Source: Candidatus Harpocratesius repetitus | GTDB taxonomy: Archaea > Asgardarchaeota > Lokiarchaeia > Sigyniarchaeales > Promethearchaeaceae | Reading direction: 5' to 3' | Length of the DNA stretch: 32,000 bases | NCBI GenBank assembly: GCA_021498095.1 | Contig: JAIZWK010000001.1 | Location: 1,860,001 to 1,892,000, forward strand | In this document: positions 8,493-17,778 of the stretch, in pieces | Numbering within the stretch: the stretch's first letter is position 1 | Layout of the letters: each line of letters begins with the position of its first letter | The notes under the pieces: model-generated | The model's input: the letters and a program-made list of their open reading frames with translations, nothing else | What the model was told of the DNA's origin: nothing | The model's database searches: none | Program-made: the position numbers and the translations under genes

Positions 8493-10331
8493 ATGCCACA
8501 ACCATTTCTTTGCTTGGGAATTGAATCCACCGCACATACATTCAGCGTAGGAATTGTAAATGATAAAGGTAATGTATTAGGACTTTCTTCAGATACATAC
8601 ATTCCTCCAAAAGGTGGATTAAAACCGACTGACGTGGTAGAGCATCATTATAATGTATTTGAGAAGCAACTTAAACAAGCTTTACAACAAGCTCAAGTTG
8701 ATTTAAAAGATATTCAATTAATTGCATTCAGCCAAGGACCCGGATTGGGACCATGTTTGAGAGTTGGAGCTGCAGTTGCTCGAACTTTGGCATTAAAATT
8801 AAAAATTCCACTAGTAGGTGTAAACCACTGTATTGCACATGTGGAAATTGGACGGGTGGCATGTAATTGCGATGATCCTCTTACAGTATATGTTTCTGGA
8901 GGAAATACAATTATCAGTGCCTTTGAATCAAATAGATATCAAATATTTGGAGAAACAATAGATATATCAATTGGCAATTTACTTGATATGGTTGCGAGAG
9001 ATCTTGGTATTCCCCATCCTGGTGGTCCAAAGATGGAGCAAATTGCTCTTAAAGGAAAAAATTTCATCAAAATTCCATATATCGTAAAAGGTATGGATCT
9101 TTCATTCTCAGGATTATATTCTTATTGTCGGAAAATGCTTCATGATAATGGATTACTTAAAGAATCAATAACAAAAAAAGCAGTTCAATCCCAGAAAAAG
9201 GTTATTTGTAAAGAAGATTTAGTATACTCTCTTCAAGAAACTGCATTTTCCATGATTGGAGAAGTATGTGAACGTGCTATTGCTCATACTCATAAAAAAT
9301 CTGTTCTACTTACAGGTGGAGTAGCCGCAAATCGACGACTTCAAAAAATCATTGCAGACATATGTGAACATCAGCAAGTTGATTTTAACGTAGTTCCAAG
9401 ACGATTGGCTGGTGATAACGGGGCTATGATTGCTTGGACTGGATTTTTACAATATCAAAACAGCGGAGAAACTTCTATTGAAAATTCTGAAATAATTCCA
9501 AAATGGCGTATGGACGATGTTCCAATTTCGTGGAGAGCTGTTCAAATATCTAAATCAAAATTTAGAGAAATAAGCAATACTTCAAGTTTTAGTGTTAGTT
9601 CTAATCCCCAAATTCAAAATTTATTTTCTCATTTTTTAAGGTCAACCAATGTTGATGGAAAGACGGGAATTTTAAGTAATTTCCTCCAAAATTTTGAAGT
9701 AATTGGGCACGGTGCTGAAGCAGTTTTAGTTCGAATCAATTGGTTTGATAAACCTGCACTTTTAAAATATAGAATTAAAAAATCTTATCGTATTTCAGCA
9801 ATAGATTTACCCTTGCGAATTCATCGAACTATTACTGAAGGACGACTCCTAATTTCTTTGTATCAAGCAGGGATTCCAGTACCTTTAGTTTATGATATAA
9901 TACCAAATGAAGCTGCTTTGATTATGGAATTTATTGAAGGGAATCGATTAAAAGATAAAATTCCAGAATTACCTACTCAAAAAATTCAACAGTATTCTTA
10001 TTTAATTGGAGAATATTTAGCTTTAATGCATAATCTAGAAATTGGCCATGGCGATTTAACCACCTCAAATGTAATCTTAAAGCCTAACCACCAGTTAATT
10101 TTACTTGATTTCGGATTAAGTGTTCCTGATGTTGGAATTGAAGAAAAAGCTATGGATATTCATTTATTTCAGCGCGTAATTAAAAGTTCTCATGGAGATT
10201 ATTTTGATTTAATGGTTCCTGCATTTTTGGATGGTTACAAGCATCAAATTGCTGGTAATTATGAAGAAATTATGGAGCGGGTGGAAAAAATATCCTTACG
10301 TGGGAGATACATCTCTAAATCACTTCGATAA
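8493..10331 (+). CDS. kae1: Bifunctional KEOPS Kae1 (TsaD)-Bud32 fusion, t6A tRNA modification
   Basis: LGIESTAHT, FSQGPGLGPCL, VNHCIAHVEIG, VYVSGGNT, GGVAAN, DNGAMIA (Kae1); GAEA, HGDLTTSN, LLDFGL, E.KAMD.HL (Bud32 kinase). Confidence 0.97.
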   Translation: MPQPFLCLGIESTAHTFSVGIVNDKGNVLGLSSDTYIPPKGGLKPTDVVEHHYNVFEKQLKQALQQAQVDLKDIQLIAFSQGPGLGPCLRVGAAVARTLALKLKIPLVGVNHCIAHVEIGRVACNCDDPLTVYVSGGNTIISAFESNRYQIFGETIDISIGNLLDMVARDLGIPHPGGPKMEQIALKGKNFIKIPYIVKGMDLSFSGLYSYCRKMLHDNGLLKESITKKAVQSQKKVICKEDLVYSLQETAFSMIGEVCERAIAHTHKKSVLLTGGVAANRRLQKIIADICEHQQVDFNVVPRRLAGDNGAMIAWTGFLQYQNSGETSIENSEIIPKWRMDDVPISWRAVQISKSKFREISNTSSFSVSSNPQIQNLFSHFLRSTNVDGKTGILSNFLQNFEVIGHGAEAVLVRINWFDKPALLKYRIKKSYRISAIDLPLRIHRTITEGRLLISLYQAGIPVPLVYDIIPNEAALIMEFIEGNRLKDKIPELPTQKIQQYSYLIGEYLALMHNLEIGHGDLTTSNVILKPNHQLILLDFGLSVPDVGIEEKAMDIHLFQRVIKSSHGDYFDLMVPAFLDGYKHQIAGNYEEIMERVEKISLRGRYISKSLR

Positions 10332-10355
10332 AAATCTAAATCACTTCGATAAAAA
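10314..10355. repeat. Exact 21-bp tandem duplication (TCTAAATCACTTCGATAAAAA x2) spanning the kae1/bud32 stop codon
   Basis: Copies at 10314-10334 and 10335-10355, read directly. Confidence 0.9.
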
Positions 10356-10426
10356 TCCGAATCTCTGTAAAATTATTGATCTTCAATCAAAAAGGGGAAA
10401 AAAGTAGTATTTTATATTAAAAGCAA

Positions 10427-11167
10427 TTATTCCATTTGTTCGATTAATTCTTTGGCATTGGGTTTATTGTCTAACATGAATTTGATCCATTGTTTAATGG
10501 CATTTTCTCCACCGGCAAGTAAATCATCTAAATCAACACTGTCGGTCTCAGATTCTCCTTCAATGGCTTCTTTCCCAATTCTTACATTCCAGATTTTCGC
10601 TAACGTTTCCACAGCAGGTGCTCCAAGTTTAGAAAGTCCCCAAATCGCCGACTCTCTTGTATTCTTTTCTTCGTGGATAATCAGCTTAATTAAAGGGTTG
10701 ATGGAGGGTCTCCCAAGTTTGGTTAATGCCCAAACACCGCTGGCTCGAATATCCTTGACCTCGCTATGCAAAGTCTCCAGAAGGGGTTCTACTGCCATTG
10801 CACCCATTTTACTAAGGCTCCAAACGGCTGATGCACGCACATCCTTAGAAATATTTCCTAAAGATCGAATTAACAAGGGAATGGAGGGCTTTCCAATCCG
10901 ATTTAGCGCTTGTGCTGCACTTTTTCTTACATCTGCATTGTCATCACCCAAAGCCTCTACTAAAATTTCCACCGATTCTGGCTTTCCCATTTTTCCTAAA
11001 ATATAAGCCGCAATTCGACGGTATGTATAGTCGTTATGGTTGAGCAATTTGGTTACAGGTTCTAACGCTTCATCTCCCATTGATGCTAATTCATTAGCTG
11101 TATCGAGACGAGTCTTAGTATTGGGATCACCCAACTTTTGAATTAATTCTTCAATTTTTGAACTCAA
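10427..11167 (-). CDS. HEAT (PBS-lyase-like) repeat protein
   Basis: About six ~31-aa repeats such as L.D.N..VR.SAA.AL..IG.P. Confidence 0.9.
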   Translation of the reverse strand: MSSKIEELIQKLGDPNTKTRLDTANELASMGDEALEPVTKLLNHNDYTYRRIAAYILGKMGKPESVEILVEALGDDNADVRKSAAQALNRIGKPSIPLLIRSLGNISKDVRASAVWSLSKMGAMAVEPLLETLHSEVKDIRASGVWALTKLGRPSINPLIKLIIHEEKNTRESAIWGLSKLGAPAVETLAKIWNVRIGKEAIEGESETDSVDLDDLLAGGENAIKQWIKFMLDNKPNAKELIEQME

Positions 11168-11305
11168 AAAATTTCACACCGAAAAAAGTTTTTCTACCAT
11201 TAAAAGTGGGGGAGAGATTAAAAAGATAATGTTTCCCACATGTGGTATGTATTGAAGTAGCTCACCACTAAAAAAACAAAATTTAATTGAACAAGAATAA
11301 ATATA

Positions 11306-12133
11306 TTAAGAAAAAAGATCAAGAAGGCTGGAAACAAAAATCTGTGGGTGATATTCCGGTGAATATCGACATAAATCAGCTTTTGTATGGATTCCTGTCT
11401 CTACAGCAATAGTTGTAATCTGTGCATGATTACCTGCCAATATGTCGGTTGATAATCGATCTCCAATCATCACAGCTTTTGATGGATGGATTTCTAATTG
11501 ATTTAGAATGAATTTTATACCAGCAGGATCTGGTTTACCAAAGATTTTTTTTGGAGGAGAATGGAGAGCTGTCTGAAGAAATGCTACTAAGGCACCTGCT
11601 CCCGGCCATAGTGCATCTGGTCCGGGAAAAGAACTGTCTGCATTTGTGGCATAAAATTCTGCTCCTTTTTGAATTAACATCATGGCACATCTGAATTTAT
11701 TATAAGTAACAAAACGATCCCAGCCCACTAGCACAAAATCAGCATAAATATCACTTGGAAGTATTTCTAAATTTATAAGTTCAGGATACTTTTCATTTAA
11801 TATTACAAATCCTCGTTCTTTCATCACTTTATGCAAACCTGTTTCACCAATTAAAAAAACAGTTGCTGAAGGATATTTCTTTGCTAAAATATCGGCAGAA
11901 AGGTAAGCAGATGTGAATATCTCGTTCTCTTTTACATCTAATCCCAATTTCTGAAGTTTTTTTGCAAATTCTTGGCGTGTTTTTGATGAATTATTTGTTA
12001 AATATGTACATTTTTTATTCATTTGATGAAGTTTTGAAATAAATTCTACTGCTTCAGCAATTGGTTCAGAACCTCGATAAATTACTCCATCTAAATCAAA
12101 TATAAACAATTCTTTTTGCTCTACTACCTTCAT
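11306..12133 (-). CDS. HAD-IIA (NagD-like) hydrolase
   Basis: FDLDGVIY, LTNNS, VGWD, ATNAD, GKP, MIGDRLSTDI.AG motifs. Confidence 0.93.
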   Translation of the reverse strand: MKVVEQKELFIFDLDGVIYRGSEPIAEAVEFISKLHQMNKKCTYLTNNSSKTRQEFAKKLQKLGLDVKENEIFTSAYLSADILAKKYPSATVFLIGETGLHKVMKERGFVILNEKYPELINLEILPSDIYADFVLVGWDRFVTYNKFRCAMMLIQKGAEFYATNADSSFPGPDALWPGAGALVAFLQTALHSPPKKIFGKPDPAGIKFILNQLEIHPSKAVMIGDRLSTDILAGNHAQITTIAVETGIHTKADLCRYSPEYHPQIFVSSLLDLFS

Positions 12134-12222
12134 TAGGATATATAACCAATAACATTATTTGAAAATTGTTGTGAAATTTTTTAAAGGAAAATTCTAATTA
12201 ATGAATAGAGGGCTTTCTGTAA

Positions 12223-12810
12223 ATGAGTGAAAACCAAGATACTATGGAATTTTTTAATCAAGATTTCTATTCTCAAATCCATCGTTTAAAAAAACAAGGT
12301 CAATTTTATACACTAACACGCCTTGTTGCTGGTTTTATCCGAACTGCCAATGATTACAACTTAGATGTTTCAGAATATGAATATTGGTTGACTAAGTATT
12401 ATAAAGCCGAACGCACGGAAAAAGATATGCTCCCTCATGAAATTGATGTTTTGTTAGCTTCATATGAAGATAGATTACGTACTATTATTAAATATCAGCC
12501 AATTGAACATAGATCAAATAAATCCAGCTCAACATTGCCTATTTCTTTAAATAAGCAAAAATCATCGCATTTATTGAATTCTTCAGATTTTGCTGATTAT
12601 TCAAATAATCTTGATTCTTCATCTGCTTCAAATTCGTTAGATAATTCCACATCATCAACAATTTTTACTTCTAATGAAGATGAACAAATGATTAATTCAA
12701 TTGTTGATAAAGTTCTTAATGAATCTAGTAAAGATTTTGTTGAAGTGGATTCTCTGAAGAAATTTTCGTTAAAAAATGGCCTCCATCCGTTTGAAAATCA
12801 AAAGGATTAA
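12223..12810 (+). CDS. Hypothetical protein with helical N-domain and Ser/Asn-rich linker
   Basis: 195-aa ORF with ATG start, 34 bp upstream of the PPP phosphatase. Confidence 0.75.
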   Translation: MSENQDTMEFFNQDFYSQIHRLKKQGQFYTLTRLVAGFIRTANDYNLDVSEYEYWLTKYYKAERTEKDMLPHEIDVLLASYEDRLRTIIKYQPIEHRSNKSSSTLPISLNKQKSSHLLNSSDFADYSNNLDSSSASNSLDNSTSSTIFTSNEDEQMINSIVDKVLNESSKDFVEVDSLKKFSLKNGLHPFENQKD

Positions 12811-12844
12811 TTTTTAAGACCTCAGCGCTTTAATTTCATGAACA

Positions 12845-13888
12845 ATGGCTTCATTCCCATTCGATGAACTTTGGAATTATTATTTAACTGTAACTTCACT
12901 AAACAAACATTCGATTAAATATTACGGCGATAAAGAAGCCAGATATCACATGGAATCTCTTTTTCAAGCAGCTTCTACCCTTTATTCCTCTTTTTATCCC
13001 CAACAAATAGTGGAGTTTAAGAATTTTAGTCCAACCAAGACAGATTTCTTTTTTATTGGTGACATCCATGGATCTTTTTCTTCACTTCATCGAATGATCT
13101 CATTCTTTGTAAAAAAAATAGAAGCGGCTTCTAGTCAACAACGCCATATTAAAATTATTTTCCTTGGAGATTATGTCGATCGGAACCCACTTGATTTACA
13201 CACACTGGTGTTTCTTCTTTTATTTAATTTGAAATACCCCAAAAATGTATTACTACTTCGAGGAAATCATGAAGAAAAGACGATGAACAAACAATATGGC
13301 TTTAGATATTCTGTCCTACGGCAATTTCCAAGATCGTTATTCATTCAAATCTCAGAATTTTTTACTAAATTACCACTTGCAGCGATCTTTTCAGTTCCAA
13401 ATTCTTTTTCAATAATTGCACTGCACGGAGGAGTACCAATTAACCTTGAAGATCCTTTAAATCCTGTATTACTCCGAAAAATTGAGTTGAAAGCAGCTAA
13501 ATCTTCCATTTTAAATATGGATGAACTTTCCCAACAAATTTTATGGAATGATCCCAGTGAAACACTCCCTAAATCGGTAGAATTTTGTCCAAATCGGTAT
13601 CGTGGAGGCACTTTTTTTGAATTTAACAAACAAATTTTCGACATTTTTATGGAAGCGAATAATTTTGACCTAATGATAAGGGGGCATCAACAATTTTCCA
13701 CAGGATATCGGTTCTTTTTTGAGCAGCGTTTAGTTTCATTATTTTCAACTGAAAAGTACGTTGGGAATAGAATTGATGGTTGTATTGCTCAAGTAAATTT
13801 TCCTAACAAAAATGATAATGAAGCTATTGTGAAATTGCTCCACATACGTGATTTTAGAAATTTAAGTAAGATTTTAAGTAAAAAATAA
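12845..13888 (+). CDS. PPP-family Ser/Thr protein phosphatase (metallophosphoesterase)
   Basis: GDIHG, GDYVDR, LLRGNHE, ALHGG, LWNDP, IRGHQ, SLFSTEKY motifs. Confidence 0.93.
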   Translation: MASFPFDELWNYYLTVTSLNKHSIKYYGDKEARYHMESLFQAASTLYSSFYPQQIVEFKNFSPTKTDFFFIGDIHGSFSSLHRMISFFVKKIEAASSQQRHIKIIFLGDYVDRNPLDLHTLVFLLLFNLKYPKNVLLLRGNHEEKTMNKQYGFRYSVLRQFPRSLFIQISEFFTKLPLAAIFSVPNSFSIIALHGGVPINLEDPLNPVLLRKIELKAAKSSILNMDELSQQILWNDPSETLPKSVEFCPNRYRGGTFFEFNKQIFDIFMEANNFDLMIRGHQQFSTGYRFFFEQRLVSLFSTEKYVGNRIDGCIAQVNFPNKNDNEAIVKLLHIRDFRNLSKILSKK

Positions 13889-13913
13889 AAAATATGAGTA
13901 AAAAACCTTATTT

Positions 13914-15308
13914 CTATTTTTCAAATTCTTGAATCTTTGAAATCACATCATTTAACGAGAGATTGGAATTTTGATCTCCTGTAATAAAATTTTTCAAAGT
14001 ATACCTCTTTTGTTCTTGTTCTTTTGGGCCTAAAAACAAAAGAAAAGGTATTTTCATCCGATTAACAAATTTACTTACTGAGCGAAATGAACGATTCATG
14101 ATATCTATTTCCACCCGAATTCCATTTTTACGTAAAATTTTTGCAATTTCAATCCCAAAAGTTTGTGTTTCTGCTTTTGTTCCTATGAAAATTTCTGATC
14201 TTGGTTGTTCTGGTGGAAATTTCTCTTGACGCTCTAATGCAAGAATTATACGATCAAATCCAAAGGAGAAACCTAATGCTGGAGTTTCTTCACCTCCAAA
14301 GGCGCGAATCATTTCATTATAACGACCTCCGCCACAAATTTGTTTTTGCTTTCCTAAAACCGGAACATCAATTTCAAAAACAATATTTGTATAATAATCT
14401 AAACCTCGAGCAATACCGCAGTCTATTACATAATTCTTGATATCTGCTGCTTCAATAAGAGTGCTAACACGCTGAATTTTAGATTTGCTTATTGCTTCGA
14501 GCGTCTTCGGATATTCGCTAAACAGTTGATTTAAACGAGATATTATATCTGCAGATTTCCCAGTCATATATAAAAGTTGCTCCAAGCGTTCAATAATTGC
14601 TTGTGGGATCTTCTCTTCTTGCATCGATCCATAATAATCATTAAGAATGTTTTGTTCTGTCTGTTCTTCGTCCAATGCTCCTATTTCTAATTTTCGGAGC
14701 AGACTTGTGATTCTATCAACTATTCCAAATATCTTTTTTTGCTGTGATGGCGAAAGTTTTTCTTCCTCCAAATATGATCGTAATATGGTTAGATCATTAA
14801 TTCTAAGAATATAATCTTGCATTTCAAACCGTTCCATAACATTCATTGCGACAATTAACATTTCTGCATCTGCTGTGGCTGTATCCGCCCCAAAAATTTC
14901 AATTCCTGCTTGAGTAAATTGTCTAAAACGTCCAGGTGCAGGTTCATCATATCGAAAACACGGACCAATATAGTAGTATTTTTGAGGTTTGGGTCGATAC
15001 ATTAATTCACTTGTGATATAAAACCGCGCTAAAGATGCAGTATATTCAGGACGGAGCGCATAAAGTGCTGGATTTTCATCGGCGCGGTGTTTTGGAGGAT
15101 CATAAAATGTAAAAATATCATTAATGATTTTTTCACCAGATCTTTTTTTATAAATTTCGAAAAACTCATACATTGGCAGTTCAATTTGCTCAAAACCAAA
15201 AGATTGAAAGATTTTTTCAAGTTTGATATAAACTTCTCGTCTTTTCTTCATCTCTTCAGGTAGAAAATCAATAGTACCAGAAGGTCTCTGTAAATTTATT
15301 TTTTCCAT
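13914..15308 (-). CDS. hisS: Histidine--tRNA ligase
   Basis: PSGTIDFLP, LRPEYTASLAR, motif 2 CFRYDEPAPGRFRQFTQAGIE, ARGLDYYT, ICGGGRY, motif 3 PALGFSFGFDRI, C-terminal anticodon-binding domain. Confidence 0.98.
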   Translation of the reverse strand: MEKINLQRPSGTIDFLPEEMKKRREVYIKLEKIFQSFGFEQIELPMYEFFEIYKKRSGEKIINDIFTFYDPPKHRADENPALYALRPEYTASLARFYITSELMYRPKPQKYYYIGPCFRYDEPAPGRFRQFTQAGIEIFGADTATADAEMLIVAMNVMERFEMQDYILRINDLTILRSYLEEEKLSPSQQKKIFGIVDRITSLLRKLEIGALDEEQTEQNILNDYYGSMQEEKIPQAIIERLEQLLYMTGKSADIISRLNQLFSEYPKTLEAISKSKIQRVSTLIEAADIKNYVIDCGIARGLDYYTNIVFEIDVPVLGKQKQICGGGRYNEMIRAFGGEETPALGFSFGFDRIILALERQEKFPPEQPRSEIFIGTKAETQTFGIEIAKILRKNGIRVEIDIMNRSFRSVSKFVNRMKIPFLLFLGPKEQEQKRYTLKNFITGDQNSNLSLNDVISKIQEFEK

Positions 15309-15595
15309 TTCTTTTTCGCTTTGCTCGGCCAGAAGGACTCACCATTAAATTATTTGATTTTTATTCAAGGCTAATATTCAATCAATTCTACTAATATAAC
15401 TTCAGCAATAATATTTTTGCTTTAATCGAGGCTGCTAATTAGAAAAGAATGTGCCATTAACTATCAAAACTTAATTACACCCAAAAACATGATTTTATTT
15501 TTAAAAAGAATATCGAAATATTCTCATCTCTTGATTATGGCAATATAATGATTTGATCTGTAAAAAATTGTCATTGTCATTGTCTCAATTAAGGA

Positions 15596-15683
15596 AATGA
15601 TTTTAAATAGAAAAGCATTGATTTTAACTAGCAAAGTAATGATTTAACTAGAAAAACAATGATTTTAATTAGAATAACAATCA
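15596..15683. repeat. Four degenerate ~21-bp tandem repeats (consensus AATGATTTTAAnTAGAAAAnC) in the hisS / membrane-protein divergent intergenic region
   Basis: Units at 15596-15616, 15617-15637, 15638-15657 and 15658-15678, read directly. Confidence 0.8.
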
Positions 15684-15725
15684 TAAGTGTTAATTGTTAA
15701 TGCAAGAAATTTTAGGTGATTAAAA

Positions 15726-17030
15726 GTGAAAATTATTGAACGAATCCAAGCTTTTGATGTTGTACGCGGTTTTGCGGTAATTTTTATGGTTATTCTTCAT
15801 ACCGGTCTTCATGAATGGCTTGGTGCACAAGAACTTGAAGGTGGGGAACAGCAGGCTGATCCCGTAATGGGCTTCCTTATCTTCTTTTTGACAATCGCAG
15901 GAGTCTATTCTACAATATTAGTGGCTGTTAACAGCTATATGTTTTATCGACGTATAGAATCAGGAAAAAATACTCCTACTCAGCTTACATACTATGGGCT
16001 TTTTCTCGGAATATTTTTAATAGCGCTGAATTTCGTGTTTCGGATATTTTTAAGTGGCGATTCTGGTTGGTTATATTTTTTAGTTAAAAATGGAAATCCC
16101 ACCTTTTCAGAGCCATTTTGGCTTGTAAGTAGTTCCGCTTTAACAATTTTAGGTTTAAATTCTATCTTAGTCCCCCTTATTATGCGAATTCTTAATTCTC
16201 GACTTACAAGTGGATTGAAAAATCGTCAAGTCTATGTTATTCTCTTTTGGATGGGTTCATTAATTTTATTATTAACATTACCTTTCCGTTGGATGGGAGC
16301 TCCTGTAGTTGATTCGTTAATTGATTCTCACCGCTATGTATTAGCATGGATTCTCGGTTGTTTTGTATATGATAATTTTCCTCTATTCCCATTTGTAGCT
16401 TATGCTTGTTTTGGTGCTATTTTAGGTATTGCTTTAGCACGAAAAGAAAAACCTAAATATATTTTAGAGTATACATGGTTTCAAACAATATTTTGGTTCG
16501 GAGTTGGATTTCTTGGAATGTATTCTCTTGGGGGTATTCATCCCGGCTTAATCTATGAAACTTCTCGAATTGCTCTATTGGAAGATTTCTTTAGGCATAT
16601 CACTCAGTTGGGTGTGGTGTTTCTTTTCTTTAGCTTGGCATTATCCATCGTCGATTTCGCACCTCATGATAGAAAAATTCGCCGTATTAAAGGATTTCGT
16701 TTTATTACTCGTTATGGAATGATTTCACTCACAGTATATATTTTTGAGGCGTTTTTTTCTGGGTTAATAACTGGTTTATTAAATTTAATCCCTGCATTTC
16801 ATAATTGGAATGCTTCTCTTATGTGGGTAATTGTATTAGGTGTTGTTTTAGCTGGTTTATGGGGTGTAGCGGCTAAATTCTGGGAGAAAGTGGGATATAA
16901 GTATTCTGTGGAATGGTGGTTAATTTGGATCGCAGGAAAATTTTCGGGAAAAAAGAGTGAGAAATATCAAATGGAACGGATTTCACAGCAAGATTCATCT
17001 AAACTTGCTGAACCTGAAAAAATATCATAA
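15726..17030 (+). CDS. Multi-pass membrane protein, DUF1624 / HGSNAT-like acyltransferase family
   Basis: RIQAFDVVRGFAVIFMVILH N-terminal signature, FPLFPF and SLTVYIF segments, many hydrophobic helices; AGGTGA SD before the GTG start. Confidence 0.8.
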   Translation: MKIIERIQAFDVVRGFAVIFMVILHTGLHEWLGAQELEGGEQQADPVMGFLIFFLTIAGVYSTILVAVNSYMFYRRIESGKNTPTQLTYYGLFLGIFLIALNFVFRIFLSGDSGWLYFLVKNGNPTFSEPFWLVSSSALTILGLNSILVPLIMRILNSRLTSGLKNRQVYVILFWMGSLILLLTLPFRWMGAPVVDSLIDSHRYVLAWILGCFVYDNFPLFPFVAYACFGAILGIALARKEKPKYILEYTWFQTIFWFGVGFLGMYSLGGIHPGLIYETSRIALLEDFFRHITQLGVVFLFFSLALSIVDFAPHDRKIRRIKGFRFITRYGMISLTVYIFEAFFSGLITGLLNLIPAFHNWNASLMWVIVLGVVLAGLWGVAAKFWEKVGYKYSVEWWLIWIAGKFSGKKSEKYQMERISQQDSSKLAEPEKIS

Positions 17031-17212
17031 AATGAAAAATATTTTGTAATTCACTTGTTTATTCTGCAAAAAAGAAGAAAAAGATAACTAGAATCGCACA
17101 GACTGGCCATATTGGAGTTCTGCATCTTTTACACCGATATTAATTTTTAATCAAGAAGGGATTTGAAGATAATGCTAAAAATCCTTATGATGAAGGGAAA
17201 TAAAGAGAGAAG

Positions 17213-17312
17213 TGGCCCGACCCGGAATTGAACCGGGGTTATACGGGTTTAGCTGCTTGAAGATGCATCAAACATCCACAACCGTACCGTCTAGCCACTA
17301 ACATATCGGGCC
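17213..17312 (-). tRNA. tRNA-His(GUG) with 28-nt intron at 37/38 (intron 17248-17275); discriminator A73; CCA not encoded
   Basis: Acceptor GGCCCGA/UCGGGCC, U8, D-loop AGUGGCUA, anticodon stem UACGG/CCGUA, loop UU-GUG-G|C, T-arm CCCGG-UUCAAUU-CCGGG; 72-nt mature body plus intron with bulge-helix-bulge geometry. Confidence 0.93.
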
Positions 17313-17778
17313 TGCGTATACAAATGAATGATTAAAAGAATCATAATTGGCTAAAAAAATTTGCGGCACATACAATGAAATTTTAAATTTAGATAATTTA
17401 AGAATAAGAGGATTTAGGAAAATTTAATTTTTATGATTTTTTGACTATTTTTAAGAATGAAGGATCAATTAAGAGAAGCCTTATTTTTTAAATTATTTCA
17501 ATATTATCGTTCAAAAAAATCTCATTGACAATTTCATTGAAGTTTTAGAGCAAAACATACACTATTTATTAAAAGAAAAATATTACAATTAATTTAGAAT
17601 GTAGATTTAAAGGTCTTTGATATTTTAAATATAACTAAAAATATGCAGAACAAAGAATAAAAAAATTCACGAATATAATATCATATACTATTAAATGCAA
17701 AATTATTCGTAGTTCTTAAAAACAGAAACATTAAATCTTATTTGGTTGGTGTAGAAAATCCCTCTTTTTTTTATCTTC

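Noticed and set aside
15309-15345. Out-of-frame upstream ATG (MVSPSGRAKRK...) before hisS as an attenuator peptide
   Set aside because: No His codons and no terminator/antiterminator structure seen.
15596-15683. 21-bp repeats as a CRISPR array or replication origin (ORB)
   Set aside because: The units are contiguous with no unique spacers, lack the ORB G-string, and have no cas or cdc6/orc1 gene nearby.
17031-17212. Integrated element / att site at the tRNA-His 3' end
   Set aside because: No integrase and no duplicated tRNA 3' fragment were found in the window.
17213-17313. Alternative tRNA register giving G-1:C73, or reading the terminal CCA as the encoded tail
   Set aside because: That register needs A at position 8 and a 4-bp T-stem, or a 5-bp acceptor stem. 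The canonical U8/T-arm register gives A73.
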